Below the pieces are notes generated by a model. The model did not search any database. It saw nothing but the letters and a program-made list of their open reading frames with translations, and was not told the origin of the DNA. Both the position numbers and the translations under genes were made by a program. This document shows, in pieces, positions 37,430-49,824 of a DNA stretch of 64,000 nt; positions within the stretch are counted from its first letter, which is position 1, and each line of letters begins with the position of its first letter. Source of the DNA: Rhynchobatus australiae (lineage: Eukaryota); NCBI GenBank assembly GCA_034780895.1, contig JAUZTB010000048.1:14055718-14119717 (forward strand), written 5' to 3'.

Positions 37430-37665
37430 GTGCTTGCTGACCGTAGCCAAGGCAAGAGTAGATGCTGTAATATTTAGCTTTGGTAATTTTGGACTGGGGA
37501 CAGGCAACATTCACATTCAATGTGCAGGGATCTCTGTTGGAACTACTTGTTTGTGAAACTGAGTAAGGACAAGATCAGGCTTGTCTGTAATATTCCCTGC
37601 AGAGCCTGTCAGCAACTATTGTCAAGGTTTTCTGATGTTTAATAGGCACTTGAGCCGGGAGACCA
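37430..37665 (+). mobile_element. Ancient SINE remnant (AmnSINE2-like, tentative)
   Basis: gtaaggacaagatcaggcttgtctgtaatattccc...agcctgtcagcaactattgtcaagg...ggcacttgagc resembles a recalled ancient vertebrate SINE consensus; not verified by search. Confidence 0.35.
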
Positions 37666-37668
37666 GTA

Positions 37669-37698
37669 ATGGATGGAAAATCCAAATTTTCCATCCAT
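37669..37698. repeat. Perfect 13-bp inverted repeat with 4-nt spacer
   Basis: ATGGATGGAAAAT-CCAA-ATTTTCCATCCAT. Confidence 0.95.
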
Positions 37699-39439
37699 CA
37701 TTGACATTTTAGCCTGAATTCACAATTGGTGTTTCCAATGGGTAAATCACAATGCTGGGAATGTGAATTTTTAAAATCACCCCTGTGGAATAAAACATTC
37801 TCTCCATTTGTGCACACTTAAAACATCTTGCAACAAATCTGAGTCCCTGAAAAAGACTAATTGTGTGATGTGATTAAACTGTACCCACTGGGTGCAGCAT
37901 GCCACCTTCATGCTGCCTTCTATGTATGGTAGTTTGTGGCTAGCTTCAATTAAAACTAGCTTGCATGGCTCTTCTTAACGGGAAGGTGACAGGTAACTCC
38001 TCCAGCGTAATGACCTATTGGATAACAGAAATTCACTGTAATAGAATTCATAATTTACTATCCAAAAATTTGAGGTATGGAATAAGATTTGCTCAAACGG
38101 AATTTGTGTGAAAAAGAAGTAAATCTATTTCTCTCTTGACCCACGCACAGACGATGCAGCATCGCATTCCGGAAGATCGTGACGTGACCCATTTTCTGAG
38201 TCAGCCTGAAATGTGGAAAGGTGCACCCGCTTTTGGTTTATATTTGCATTGTTTGCCCCAATCTGAGGCGTGAGTCTCCTCGATAAGGTTTGTGGCATAT
38301 TTCTGCACCCCTACAGTGCGCAGACAGAAAGAAAAATGAGGTGAGATGCCGAGGAGTTTGATTTCTCCTGCACCAGCGCACTTTTATCATATCTGCAGAT
38401 CTAGACGCTGCTCCATCCTACAGGAAGTATCAATATAAGGGCCATAGGACACGCCAAAACATCCCTCTGCCCATTTTTTTCCAGCCGAATAGGAATCCCC
38501 TTGAAGTGAAGATCATGAAAAACAGCCTCAATGATGACTCTTAAACAAGTGGAGACCACATCAGGGCTTCATTGTGGAGGAGGGGTGGAGAAATGATCAC
38601 ATTTCATTTTAAAGCCAGAATACTAATCAATAACAATGAAGTTCAGACCTCACAGTCCAGGGCAGGAAAATAATGGATATAATTCCTATGATCTAAATCT
38701 CTCTAAATTGGCAATTTTCAGATCAAAGAAACTTAACCAAGTAGCAATTTTTATTTGCATGTAGATATATTTGAATTTTATCCAGCAAATGCATCCAGCT
38801 GGGAATTATTGCCACATCCCATAAATCACAAACACCAAGATCTACAGGAAGAGAATAATATCAGTAGTTATTTACTAAAGATATTCATACAATATATTTC
38901 AGTTAGGGCTGAAAACTTATTATGCTGCTTTTGGAACAGAGCTGAAAAGAACTTTCAAAGGAATAAATTGCTGGAAATTTGTAAAAAACAAAGGCTTTTT
39001 TTCCAGATCACAGATTTCTCATTAATGTGCCTGATAGTTTGATGCTTCTTCTTGCTATCCAATGTAACAGTTTAAAGTTATGCATCTCCTAAATTAACTG
39101 GGATATGCAAGTTACTCATTGGTTGATTGTTAATAAAGAGTGGATCAACTGGGTGGAGAGTTTTCTCGTTTGTGTTATTGCCTAACCGCGTGCATGGACA
39201 AGATACGTGTGAACACACAGCTACAGGTTTCCATTACTTCCAGAGCCTCATCTCTCACTCTGGTTTCAGACTGCCCACCTGACATCCAACCTAAAGTGCA
39301 AGCTCCTTCTGTGAACCAGTAGGATAGAGTTATACAGCATGGAAACAGGCCCTTTGACTGAACTGGTCCAAGATGCCCTATCCAATGGGTGATCAAATCC
39401 ATTGATATCAGCTGCCCCACCCACTACTAATCCAAGCTT

Positions 39440-39600
39440 CCCTCAATGCCATTGTCTCAGTTTGAAGCAACATATTCATCTCTGGTCTTCTACCATCTCC
39501 ATTAATGTGATCATCTTCTTCCATCTCCATAACAACAGCTTAGCTCTGAAAGTCCTTATATATGCATTGGTCATCTCCACCATCTCTGACTATCAGAGAA
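39440..39600 (+). mobile_element. L2-type LINE fragment
   Basis: LSLKQHI, FFHLHN and KVLIYALVISTISDY resemble L2 LSFxxHI, FFHLRNI and LIHALVISRLDY. Confidence 0.55.
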
Positions 39601-39944
39601 CAAACGACTNNNNNNNNNNNNNNNNNNNNNNNNNNNNNNNNNNNNNNNNNNNNNNNNNNNNNNNNNNNNNNNNNNNNNNNNNNNNNNNNNNNNNNNNNNN
39701 NNNNNNNNNTTCATAATTTACTATCCAAAAATTTGAGGTATGGAATAAGATTCACTCTCATGGAATTTATGTGAAAAAAAACTAAATATTTTTTTTAAAA
39801 ACATGCATTTCTTGATGCATGTGCAGATCACGCAGCTTTGCGTTATGGAAAATCGCTGTTTTCTAGGAACACAAGTCACCCCCTCCTGTAATGCAGGGTC
39901 ACCTGTATATGACTGCAGGAAGTGAGAGCAAGTTTATTACACTG

Positions 39945-40625
39945 AAAATACTGGAAATACACAACTGGTTAACTGGCATTTGTGGAGCAAGAAAGAGAAT
40001 CAGTGATCTTTTATCAGCATTTGAGAATATTAGAGGTATAACAGGTTTTCAGCAAGGACAGAGTGAGGGAAAATGGCAGGGAAGGAAAGATTGAAAGGAT
40101 TTTGTGATAGGATGGATGTTAGGTAGAGATTTAATGATAAAATGGCTGACTTTGCAAAAGAGTGAGACTATGGAACAAGCAAAAATGATTGAAAAGATGT
40201 GTCAAGAGAAGGCGTAAATGGGAATATCAATATTATTATCTGAAATTATTTAACTCTTGTGTTGAATCAGAAGAAGTAACCTGCCTGTTTGGAAGATGAA
40301 ATGGCATTCCTTGGGTTTATATTGAGCTTTGCTGAAATATAACTGGCATCGTGGAATCGTGCTCAGGTGGCTAAAATGGCAGAAGGTTTTCCATTAAATG
40401 TGGAAGCAATTGGAATAGAAAGTGAGGACAATACCATCATGGTATTTTGAGGGAGGGAAAGGGTGAGAGCAGATGTTCAGGATGTAGAATAGATATACCT
40501 GAAGGTGACTTGGAACATAGTGAGGAATGGTACAAAAAGACAAACCACAGGTACTGTGGCTTTGAGATGCAGCACTGGTGGATGAAGTAGAAAGGATATA
40601 TTTATGTAAATGAGGATGTGAGGCT
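39945..40625 (-). mobile_element. Penelope-like element 3' part: ORF end (GIY-YIG C-terminus), pyrimidine-rich UTR and terminal repeat
   Basis: Minus strand 40343-40236 gives SKAQYKPKECHFIFQTGRL and, after a frameshift, ELNNFR* (compare Penelope-like RKLxExxxIFxLGTLxPxGLNxEF). The family-1 repeat lies at 39945-40020. Confidence 0.65.
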
Positions 40626-40628
40626 GTC

Positions 40629-40990
40629 CATAGAACATAGAACATTACAGCACAGTACAGGCCCTTCGGCCCATGGTGTTGTGCCGACATTTTATCCTGC
40701 TCTAATATCTACCTAACCTTTCCCTCTCACATAGCCTTCCATCTTTCTATCATTCATGTGTCTATCTAAGAGTCTCTTAAATGTCCCTAATGTATCCGCC
40801 TCCACAACCTCAGCCAGCAGTGCGTTCCACACACCCACCACTTTCTGTGTAAAAAAACTTATCCCTGACATCCCCCCTTATTGCCTTCCTCCAATCACCT
40901 TAAAATTATGCCCACTTGTGTTAGCCATTTTCTCCCTGGGAAAAAGTCTCAACTGCCCACTTGATCTATGCCTTTTGTCATCTTGTTATC
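40629..40990 (-). mobile_element. CR1 LINE 3' end
   Basis: catagaacatagaacattacagcacagtacaggcccttcggccc tail; near reverse complement of 44535-44815. Confidence 0.92.
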
Positions 40991-42929
40991 ATACAGATAT
41001 TAAGGCGGCAGTGAGAGTTGATGGTGTGGTGGTGGTTGGGGGGAGTGCTGTCAGTGCTCGGAGCCTTTCTCTGCTCTACCAGCTGCACCCATGACCCGTG
41101 CACACACCCATTGCTCACCTCCCAACAATCAACCAGGACCTGTACCTGGGAGAAAAACAAAATTCAGCAGAGTTCTTTCAGCACCTGACATCCCTCTCTG
41201 TTGGAATTTTGATGCAAGAACCAATTCTATAAAAAACTAAAGGCTACCAATGGTAAGAAGAAACATAGCTGTAAGTGATTTCCTCCTCTCTCATCAAAGG
41301 GGGTTTTGTTCCAGCTGCTGATTATGTGTTCAATCACGTGTGTTTAAGTGAGGATATTATCTGCACATTAGGATCTCCTAAATGAATGTTCTGATTTCAA
41401 ATCAATGTCACATATGATTGACATTATCATCTTACTACTCTAAATCTTTCCAGTAGGGTTTCAGTTCCCTCATGCTCATATCGTCACCATTATGGGACCG
41501 GGCATAACTTTCACCATAATATGTGTAGCAGTATGGTGTGGACAGTATTTTTGGATTTCAAAAGCTCTTTTCCTGCTTGGGAACAAGGCATTCCTGAGTG
41601 TAATGTTGCCTGCCTTGGACCCAGTCTGAGAATTTCTCCTCAATACATTTAACTAATTAGAGTATGTTTGCTTCTTTCTTCCACTCTCCCCTGTCAAAGG
41701 TATTCATCTAATCTGCACAAATGTTGTGTGAAAGTAGATCATACTTCTTCAGTTTTAGTTTCCTGCCTTCTTTATTTCACATTTTTCATTCACTTGCAGA
41801 TTTTTCATAACAGCATTTATGGAATTCTACATGAAGTTTGTGTAAAGAGTAAAATGCATTCCAGTTATTTTGCAATCCAATCTAAATTATTGGAATTTCC
41901 ATCCCAATCTTTCATACAAATCCTCAAATCAAATGCCATGAGTACATATGTTGTACATTTGGAAATTTTGGTATGATAGTGCCAGAGTGGTTGTGTTGAA
42001 GATACTTAATTGAATTTATTGTGATTATGTTGCCAGAAGCTATTACATAGTTCTAACACAGTTTGTTTCTTCAGCTAATGGTGTACCTTTCTTAAAGTTG
42101 CTAGTGTATATTAATGGTTTTATGACAGTTGTGCAATCTGGTTCCAGTGATGTGATACCAACATTCATGTTGTGTAGGCTATTTACAACATTGCTCAACT
42201 TCAAGTGGAGTTTTCAAAGAACCCCATGTAAATCACAGAGTACTCCATTACCTACTGATGTTTAAAGAGTCTTAATAAATACCAATCACACCATTGATAG
42301 AATTTTCTAGGTTGGGGCAGTGAATATTTTATCAAATGACACTGAAATGCATTTTCTTTTTACTAAAATCCTTCCACACATTATTCATGCTTTTCATAAA
42401 AGACTAACATTTTCAACAATCTTTGAACTAAAAAAAACTTTCTTTTATTTTTAATTATATCTTTGCCTTCTGTAGAATATTCCAAGCATAAATATTTACC
42501 GTGTGGTTTTACATTTTTGTCATATGTTGCATTGAAGTAAAGGCAATGAATTTGTTGTGCCTAACATCTTCAGCACATTAATAGTTTCAACCCCTCCGAC
42601 TGTATGAAAATAATCCTAGAAATCAGACTGCATAGCAACTGCTTTTTGGGTCCCAGCCATGCATTTGTGAAGTTAGACAGGCACGTTCACACAGTAGGCC
42701 TTTTCCTGGCATCAGGTTGCATCCAATGCCATCATCATTTAGGCATCAGAAGTTTTGTCTGTATTGGAATAGATTGGCAAAAAGCTTGACACTATGACAT
42801 TGAGTAATGGTCCCAGCATATATGACCTCCCTCCTGGCATGTATCTCATTGATTAGGACTTGCACTTCCCTGTGGGAGTGGGAACTGTCTCACTCTCCCC
42901 TGTTGCCCTTTTCTCTGCCTCGGCTCGGG

Positions 42930-43545
42930 CATATACCATGAATGGCAGGGAGCGAGGAAACAAAGGGACCTTGGTGCAGTAGTCCAAAGATCCCTGAAGG
43001 TGGCAGCACAAGTAGATAGGATGATGAAGAAGGAACATGGGATTCTTGCTTTCCTTAGCTAGACCATGGAGAATAAGAGCAGACAGGTCATGGTGCAACT
43101 TTATAACACATTGGTTAGGCCACAGCTGGAACATTGTCTGCAGTACTGGCTACCAGATGACAGGAAGGACGCATTTGCACTGGCAAGGATGTAGAGGAGA
43201 TTTACCAAGATGTTGCCTGGGATGGAATGTTTCAGTTATAAGGAGAGACCAAAAGGGTTGTGTTTGTTTTCATTGGAGGAGAGTGAGGGGTACCTGGTAG
43301 GGATATATAAAAAAAATTACAAGTCATAGTTTAGGTAGAGAGGAAGGAACTTTTCCACATTGCAGAGAGCATAGATTTAAGGTTAGGAGTAAGGGATTTA
43401 GAGGAGGTTGGAGGAAGAATTTTTTCATGCAAGGGTTGGTTGTAATCTGGAATGTGCGGTCTAAGAAGCCAGTGGAGGCAGATGCTCTCACAACATTTAA
43501 GAAACATCTGAATGAGCACTTGAATTGCCAAGGTGTAGTAGTCTA
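42930..43545 (+). mobile_element. CR1 LINE 3' fragment
   Basis: QRDLG, SLKVAAQVDR, LVRPQLE and RRFTKMLPG-type peptides. Confidence 0.85.
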
Positions 43546-43574
43546 ATTGGTAATTGGTAAATTGGCTTATTATT

Positions 43575-44830
43575 GTTCACAAGCTGGATTGAATTCCTTG
43601 AGGATGTGACAAAGCACATTGATGAAGGTAGAGCAGTGGATGTGGTGTATGNNNNNNNNNNNNNNNNNNNNNNNNNNNNNNNNNNNNNNNNNNNNNNNNN
43701 NNNNNNNNNNNNNNNNNNNNNNNNNNNNNNNNNNNNNNNNNNNNNNNNNNNNNNNNNNNNNNNNNNNNNNNNNNNNNNNNNNNNNNNNNNNNNNNNNNNN
43801 NNNNNNNNNNNNNNNNNNNNNNNNNNNNNNNNNNNNNNNNNNNNNNNNNNNNNNNNNNNNNNNNNNNNNNNNNNNNNNNNNNNNNNNNNNNNNNNNNNNN
43901 NNNNNNNNNNNNNNNNNNNNNNNNNNNNNNNNNNNNNNNNNNNNNNNNNNNNNNNNNNNNNNNNNNNNNNNNNNNNNNNNNNNNNNNNNNNNNNNNNNNN
44001 NNNNNNNNNNNNNNNNNNNNNNNNNNNNNNNNNNNNNNNNNNNNNNNNNNNNNNNNNNNNNNNNNNNNNNNNNNNNNNNNNNNNNNNNNNNNNNNNNNNN
44101 NNNNNNNNNNNNNNNNNNNNNNNNNNNNNNNNNNNNNNNNNNNNNNNNNNNNNNNNNNNNNNNNNNNNNNNNNNNNNNNNNNNNNNNNNNNNNNNNNNNN
44201 NNNNNNNNNNNNNNNNNNNNNNNNNNNNNNNNNNNNNNNNNNNNNNNNNNNNNNNNNNNNNNNNNNNNNNNNNNNNNNNNNNNNNNNNNNNNNNNNNNNN
44301 NNNNNNNNNNNNNNNNNNNNNNNNNNNNNNNNNNNNNNNNNNNNNNNNNNNNNNNNNNNNNNNNNNNNNNNNNNNNNNNNNNNNNNNNNNNNNNNNNNNT
44401 ACCAGGATGCTGCCTGGATTGGAGAGCACGTCTTATGAGGATAGGTTGAGTGAGCTGGGGCTTTTCTCTTTGGAGAAAAGGAGGATGAGAGGTGACTTGA
44501 TAGAGGTGTACAAGATGATAAGAGCTATAGATTGAGTAGACAGTCAGAGACTTTTTTCCCAGGGCGAAAATGGCTGACACGAGGGGGCATAATTTTAAGG
44601 TGATTGGAGGAAGGTATAAGGGGCATGTCAGAGGTATGTTTTTTACATAGAGAGTGGTGGGTGTGTGGAATGCACTGCTAGCAGAGATTGTGGGGGCAGA
44701 TTCATTAGGGACATGTAAGAGACTCTTAGATAGCCACATGAATGATAGAGAAGTGGAGGACTATGTGGGAGGGAAGGGTTAGATCGATATTAGAGCAGGA
44801 TAAAATGCCGGCTCAACATTTTGGGCTGTT
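43575..44830 (+). mobile_element. 5'-truncated CR1 LINE (RT region mostly inside the N gap)
   Basis: IEFLEDVTKHIDEGRAVDVVY before the gap; TRMLPGLESTSYEDRLSELGLFSLEKRRMRGDLIEVYKMIR after it. Confidence 0.93.
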
Positions 44831-44837
44831 ATGTTAT

Positions 44838-45260
44838 ACAGTGAAAAGTTTTGTTTTGCATGCTCTTCATACAGATCATTTCACCACAGCAGTACATTGA
44901 GGTAGTGCAAGGGAAAAGCAATAACAGAATGAAGAATATAGTGTTACAGTTATGGAGTAAGTGCAGTGCAGGCAGACAATAAGGTGCAAGGCCATGATGA
45001 GGTAGATTGTGAGGTCAAGAGTCTGTTTTATTGTACAAGTGGTCTGTTCTGTAGTGGGATAGAACTGTCCTTGAGCCTGGTGCTGCATGCTTTCAGGCTT
45101 TTGTGTCTTCAGCCTGATAGAAGGGGGGAGAAGAGAGAATGTCCGAGGTGGGAGGGGTCTTTGATTATGTTGGCTTCTTTTCCAAGGCAGCGAGAAGCGT
45201 ATACAGAGGGGACGGTGTTTTTCACGATGTGCTGAGCTGTGTTCACAACCCTTTGCAAGG
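44838..45260 (-). mobile_element. Rex1/Babar-type LINE 3' fragment
   Basis: Minus strand gives DPSHLGHSLFSPL and TRLKDS-type peptides; reverse-complement homologue of 54480-54835. Confidence 0.8.
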
Positions 45261-45261
45261 A

Positions 45262-45356
45262 TCAAGTGCTGGTAAATCAGATTAATGTAGATAAGTACCT
45301 GATGAATGGACATGGTGGGCCAAAGGGCCTGATTCTATGCTGCATAACTCTGTGTC
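45262..45356 (+). mobile_element. CR1 3' tail fragment
   Basis: ggacatggtgggccaaagggcctgattctatgctgcataactct. Confidence 0.75.
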
Positions 45357-45642
45357 ACCATGGCAGTCATAACGTGTGCTGCTGCTGCCTGCCCTCCATG
45401 GAAGTGTGCCTTTAAGGCAGATACACTTTGCTGATTTCTGCAAAGTGTTAGCAGCTGCACTGAATTAATTTTCATCCTATGGGGATGCACACATTTTATG
45501 TTAGTTCTTGCTTGTGGGTGTAACCATCCTAATGCTGTTTCACTCTGAATCTTGGTCCATTTATTTTGTGTGCAGGACCAATTTTGGCAATGGTGCTAAC
45601 TGCAATGATGCATAAAGAATAGGTGCAATCCTGTTTTTAGGT
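45357..45642. mobile_element. Harbinger right-arm fragment homologous to 12765-13085
   Basis: Shared co-linear blocks: ccatggcag, ctgcctgcc, tgtgcctttaagg, tgggtgtaa, tgctgtttc, gcagg, taggtg, ttt.tagg. Confidence 0.65.
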
Positions 45643-47221
45643 AATGGTAAAGATCCTGAGAACTACTTCACTGTGAGTAGAATTACTCGGACATACGTCA
45701 AACTGTTGAAACACCTCGCAAGATGTTTTACCTCGGCTGTGTACTTAAATATATTTTGTATAATTCAGAGAGTGAGGGTGCAAAAATTTCTGTTTAGGTA
45801 GACCTGGTGATTGTTCCACCTTTTTCCTGCTGTGGAGTGGATTAAATGGAATATCCATGCTTGCATTAAGTTTTTTTTGGAAATTCGTTCCCATACCATT
45901 CCCCCTATAGCTTATGTCAATGTATTGAGCACAAATTACTCCAAATAGCCAATGATTACTTGAGAGTGGAGATGTTGTAATATGTTAGTGCGGCCTTATA
46001 ACATACACTGGTGCCTTATTTATGTTAAAGATGGTGTAATGCTTTTCTGATGAAAAATTTGGTCACTTGTGTTAAAGGCTCATTAGAGTATCAGCAAAAT
46101 AAGAGCTGACTGATACTTGCATTGGTACCATTTCTGCAGTACAGTTACAGTTCATCCTCGAATGACTTTGGCCAAGGGATTTGTCCATGCCATTCTGTCT
46201 AGGTTCAGTCACCAGTGTGTCTTCTGAGCACTGTGTTTAAAATTGTCTGAAAAGAAATTGCAAATTTCAACAGTGCTGTATATTGAAAAAGCCATGATAA
46301 GGATACTTTGTGTAATGTCATGTTGTTTTAGAAACAGCAGGTATTGCTGAGAATTGCTGACTGAATTTGTTAATGTTTCTGGTACTGAGCCACACAGTTG
46401 AGGGATGATCCAGAGAAGGCACAAGTGCACAATATCACTATCACTTTCAAGCTGCTGGTGAGATTTGTTTATTTAAGAACGACAACACTCATGATCCTTG
46501 AATTCAGGTTTACTGAGAGACACCTCAAGAAGCTGGTAGATGACATCTCTTACTTACTGTTCAAAGTGGCCACTGAGATTCTCCAGGGTCACAGCCAGTG
46601 CTACTGGCAGGACATTACCAGAGGGGTCTCTGTAAGGTCGTGAGTGCAGACTGTCAATGCCACCACCTCTGGGGAGTATGCTTGTGGCTGGTCTGTCTGT
46701 TCCTATGGGCTGATGGAGAAGTTGATGAATCTAATGTTGTGGAATAAAAGGCAGCAATGACCTCCCTAAAAACTGTGATATGTGGCAGATATGGACTGAA
46801 AGGATTCTCAGGTTCAGAAGTTAGGAGCGAAGGAACCTTGAAAGCAATGCAGGCATGTTTGTGGGCTTGTATTTGAGGTTTTTATCAGGTCATGAATGTG
46901 AAAGAAACTTCCTTCTGGAGGCACAGCCTACACAGATAGTGCTCCTCGAAGAAGTGTGGAAGACAATATGGCTCTCTATAAAGCCTGGGTTGAAAAGCAC
47001 TTGGGTGCTGAGCTCTTGTATTCCCCCTTGCAACCTAGTGCCTGTATGTGACCATGGTCTCTAGTAGGTTTCTTTTGCATGATCATTTTATCTGTGAAGA
47101 TGAATATTATATCTAGACAAATGGATATTGAACTTGCTTCCAATAAGTTGTTCAGGTTTATAAGGAAAGCTCAGTTTTCAGTCTGAGAGTGTGGAATAGG
47201 CTGTGCACCATTGACTATGAA

Positions 47222-47322
47222 TGCAGTGATGAAATGTCTTTGACCTGAAACATTAACTTTGTTTCTTCTCTGCACATGCTGGCTGACCTGTTGAGTGTTT
47301 CTACGAATTTCAGTTTTAGTTA
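47222..47322 (+). mobile_element. Penelope-type terminal repeat (family 1) with hammerhead motif
   Basis: GTGATGA-AATGTCTTTGACCT-GAAA-CATT-AAC at 47226-47257, then tttgtttcttctctgcacatgctggctgacctgttgagtg. Confidence 0.75.
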
Positions 47323-49356
47323 TGAAAACTACTTTTGTGTGATTTTGCTGTGTAAATAACACTATTTCTAAGCCTTCATTGTAGGAAAACACTTTCTGTA
47401 ATTAGCGGATGTAATTTTTCAGACCAATTTGGTTTGCTGATTATGATTTTTTTGAATTACATTGCTGTTGACATCATTTGGGTTTAATATCAGAAAAATA
47501 GGGCTGGCAGAATCTTGCCCGAAAATGAGCATATGATTGGTGCAAACAAGTGCAAAATTTCTTCAGTCTACATCAGTGCAACTTTTAACTTTGTAATCCT
47601 GTGTTTGTTTTTCTTGCACAGGGAAATTTTGACACTTCCAGCTTTGCACCAAGCCCACGTTACATTTTCATGATATGAATGTGCAATTAATAATAACCCC
47701 AATAGTTCAAGGGCAAATGCTCATGCAAGTATGCAATCATTATAAGGAGAAGATGGCTACGCCATAGTCTTTATGTTAATGATCAGTTCATTCCAAATAT
47801 GTTGCATGTACTGGCAGCCAATTAATGGCAGATAATTTTTATGAATTATTTTAATAACTAATAACACAGTTAACAGTCCACTAAGTTTCTAGTGACTGAT
47901 AATTTGCCAAATGGCTTTTCCCCTTTCTTGTAGTTATTTCACAAAGAGCAGAGATAAACCCTTCTACATTGGACAGTCTCAATGTCAAATCACATGAAGA
48001 ATGGAGATTATGGCTGTGCATGCTCATCTCACTTAGATAAATTGATGGAAACACTTGCCATTTGCTGGAGACTAATTTTCTGGAAGTTCATTAAGCCTGA
48101 GTTCTTGGAAATCTATTCTCAGACACAGTAGTGCAGATGTAAATCATTCGTAAACCTCAGTGTTGCAGTGTGAACAGTTCACCAACTTCATTGCATAAAC
48201 TGCTGCTCAAATGCAACACCATAGTGGATTTCCTGAGTTAAAGCTGTCATGGAAAATTCTGGCTTTGCTATTTAACTTTTTCCTACTGTTTATTGTACTG
48301 TTCAGTTGTATCTGTATCTGATGGCTAGATTGGGCCTCGGGNNNNNNNNNNNNNNNNNNNNNNNNNNNNNNNNNNNNNNNNNNNNNNNNNNNNNNNNNNN
48401 NNNNNNNNNNNNNNNNNNNNNNNNNNNNNNNNNNNNNNNNNNNNNNNNNNNNNNNNNNNNNNNNNNNNNNNNNNNNNNNNNNNNNNNNNNNNNNNNNNNN
48501 NNNNNNNNNNNNNNNNNNNNNNNNNNNNNNNNNNNNNNNNNNNNNNNNNNNNNNNNNNNNNNNNNNNNNNNNNNNNNNNNNNNNNNNNNNNNNNNNNNNN
48601 NNNNNNNNNNNNNNNNNNNNNNNNNNNNNNNNNNNNNNNNNNNNNNNNNNNNNNNNNNNNNNNNNNNNNNNNNNNNNNNNNNNNNNNNNNNNNNNNNNNN
48701 NNNNNNNNNNNNNNNNNNNNNNNNNNNNNNNNNNNNNNNNNNNNNNNNNNNNNNNNNNNNNNNNNNNNNNNNNNNNNNNNNNNNNNNNNNNNNNNNNNNN
48801 TGAAAGACTACTTCCTTGTTAAATTATTTGAGGAGATGTTTGGTTTTTGCTTAAATTTAATTACAGAGTATAATTATCATCGTTGTGCTTTCATTAAATT
48901 AGTTATTTACTGACATGTATTCGTAAATAATTTTGATAACAAGCTTGTTAGTTTTTCAAGTTAAATATCATTGTACATAATGACATCAATTAACTTAAGT
49001 CCATTGTTATCCTGGTTAAATTAAGATGGCATCTGCCTTGGCTTAAAACATTTCTCCTTGAATCATTTTTCTCTGCAGTTCTGGAGATATGTTTGCCCTT
49101 GATATTGATCCTTGCCTGGAATAATTTTACTGGTCCTCTGATCCAACCTAGGTTGGAATGGGAGAGGACCCAAGCAGAAAGACTCAGAAATGATAGACCT
49201 TGACTGTCTCTTCAACTAGTGCATCAAGGAAGTCATAAGAGACATTGTTCCTCGCGGTCTGGTTTTTAGGAATGTGGATATCACTTTTGATATCAGCATT
49301 TATTATCCATCATTTATTGCTCTGAGAAAGGTAGTTTACAAGTTTAATGAACTACC

Positions 49357-49738
49357 TGCTGGAGAAAATCAATGGTATCTATAGGAGGAAAGAAATTGTC
49401 AATGTTTCGGGGTCATAACCCTGCATAAGGTCCCGCTGCTGCCTGTGAGGAGTTTGTACATTCTCCCGTGTCTGCATGGGTTTCCTCCGGGTGCTCCGAT
49501 TTCCTCCCACATTCCAAAGACATACGGGTAGGTTAATTTGGGGTTTAAAAAATGGGCGGTGTGGCCTCATTGGGCCAGAAGGGCCTGTTACCACGCTGTA
49601 AATAATTTTTTTTTAAATTAAAAATTTAAAAGAAATGTTGATAATTCCTTTCCTCCCACGGATGCTGCATGACCCCCTAATTCCTCCATCATGTTGTTTA
49701 TTGCTCCAGATTCCAGCATCTGTAGTCTCTTGTGTCCC
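49357..49738. mobile_element. Fold-back Penelope-derived element (family 2) split by a SINE
   Basis: Left arm ggaggaaagaaattgtcaatgttt (49384-49407) is inverted relative to the right arm aaatgttgataattcctttcctcc (49633-49656). Confidence 0.7.
49435..49610 (+). mobile_element. 5'-truncated V-SINE
   Basis: ggagtttgtacattctcccgtgtctgcatgggtttcctccgggtgctccg...gggccagaagggcctgttaccacgctgta; same subfamily as 60865-61058. Confidence 0.9.
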
Positions 49739-49796
49739 TAGTTTACTTCTGACAGCAGTCAATCATGGCTCCATTACAATTGTATGTGAGACGTGT

Positions 49797-49824
49797 ACAC
49801 ACACACACACACACACACACACAC
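49797..49824. repeat. (AC)14 microsatellite
   Basis: Read directly from the sequence. Confidence 0.97.
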
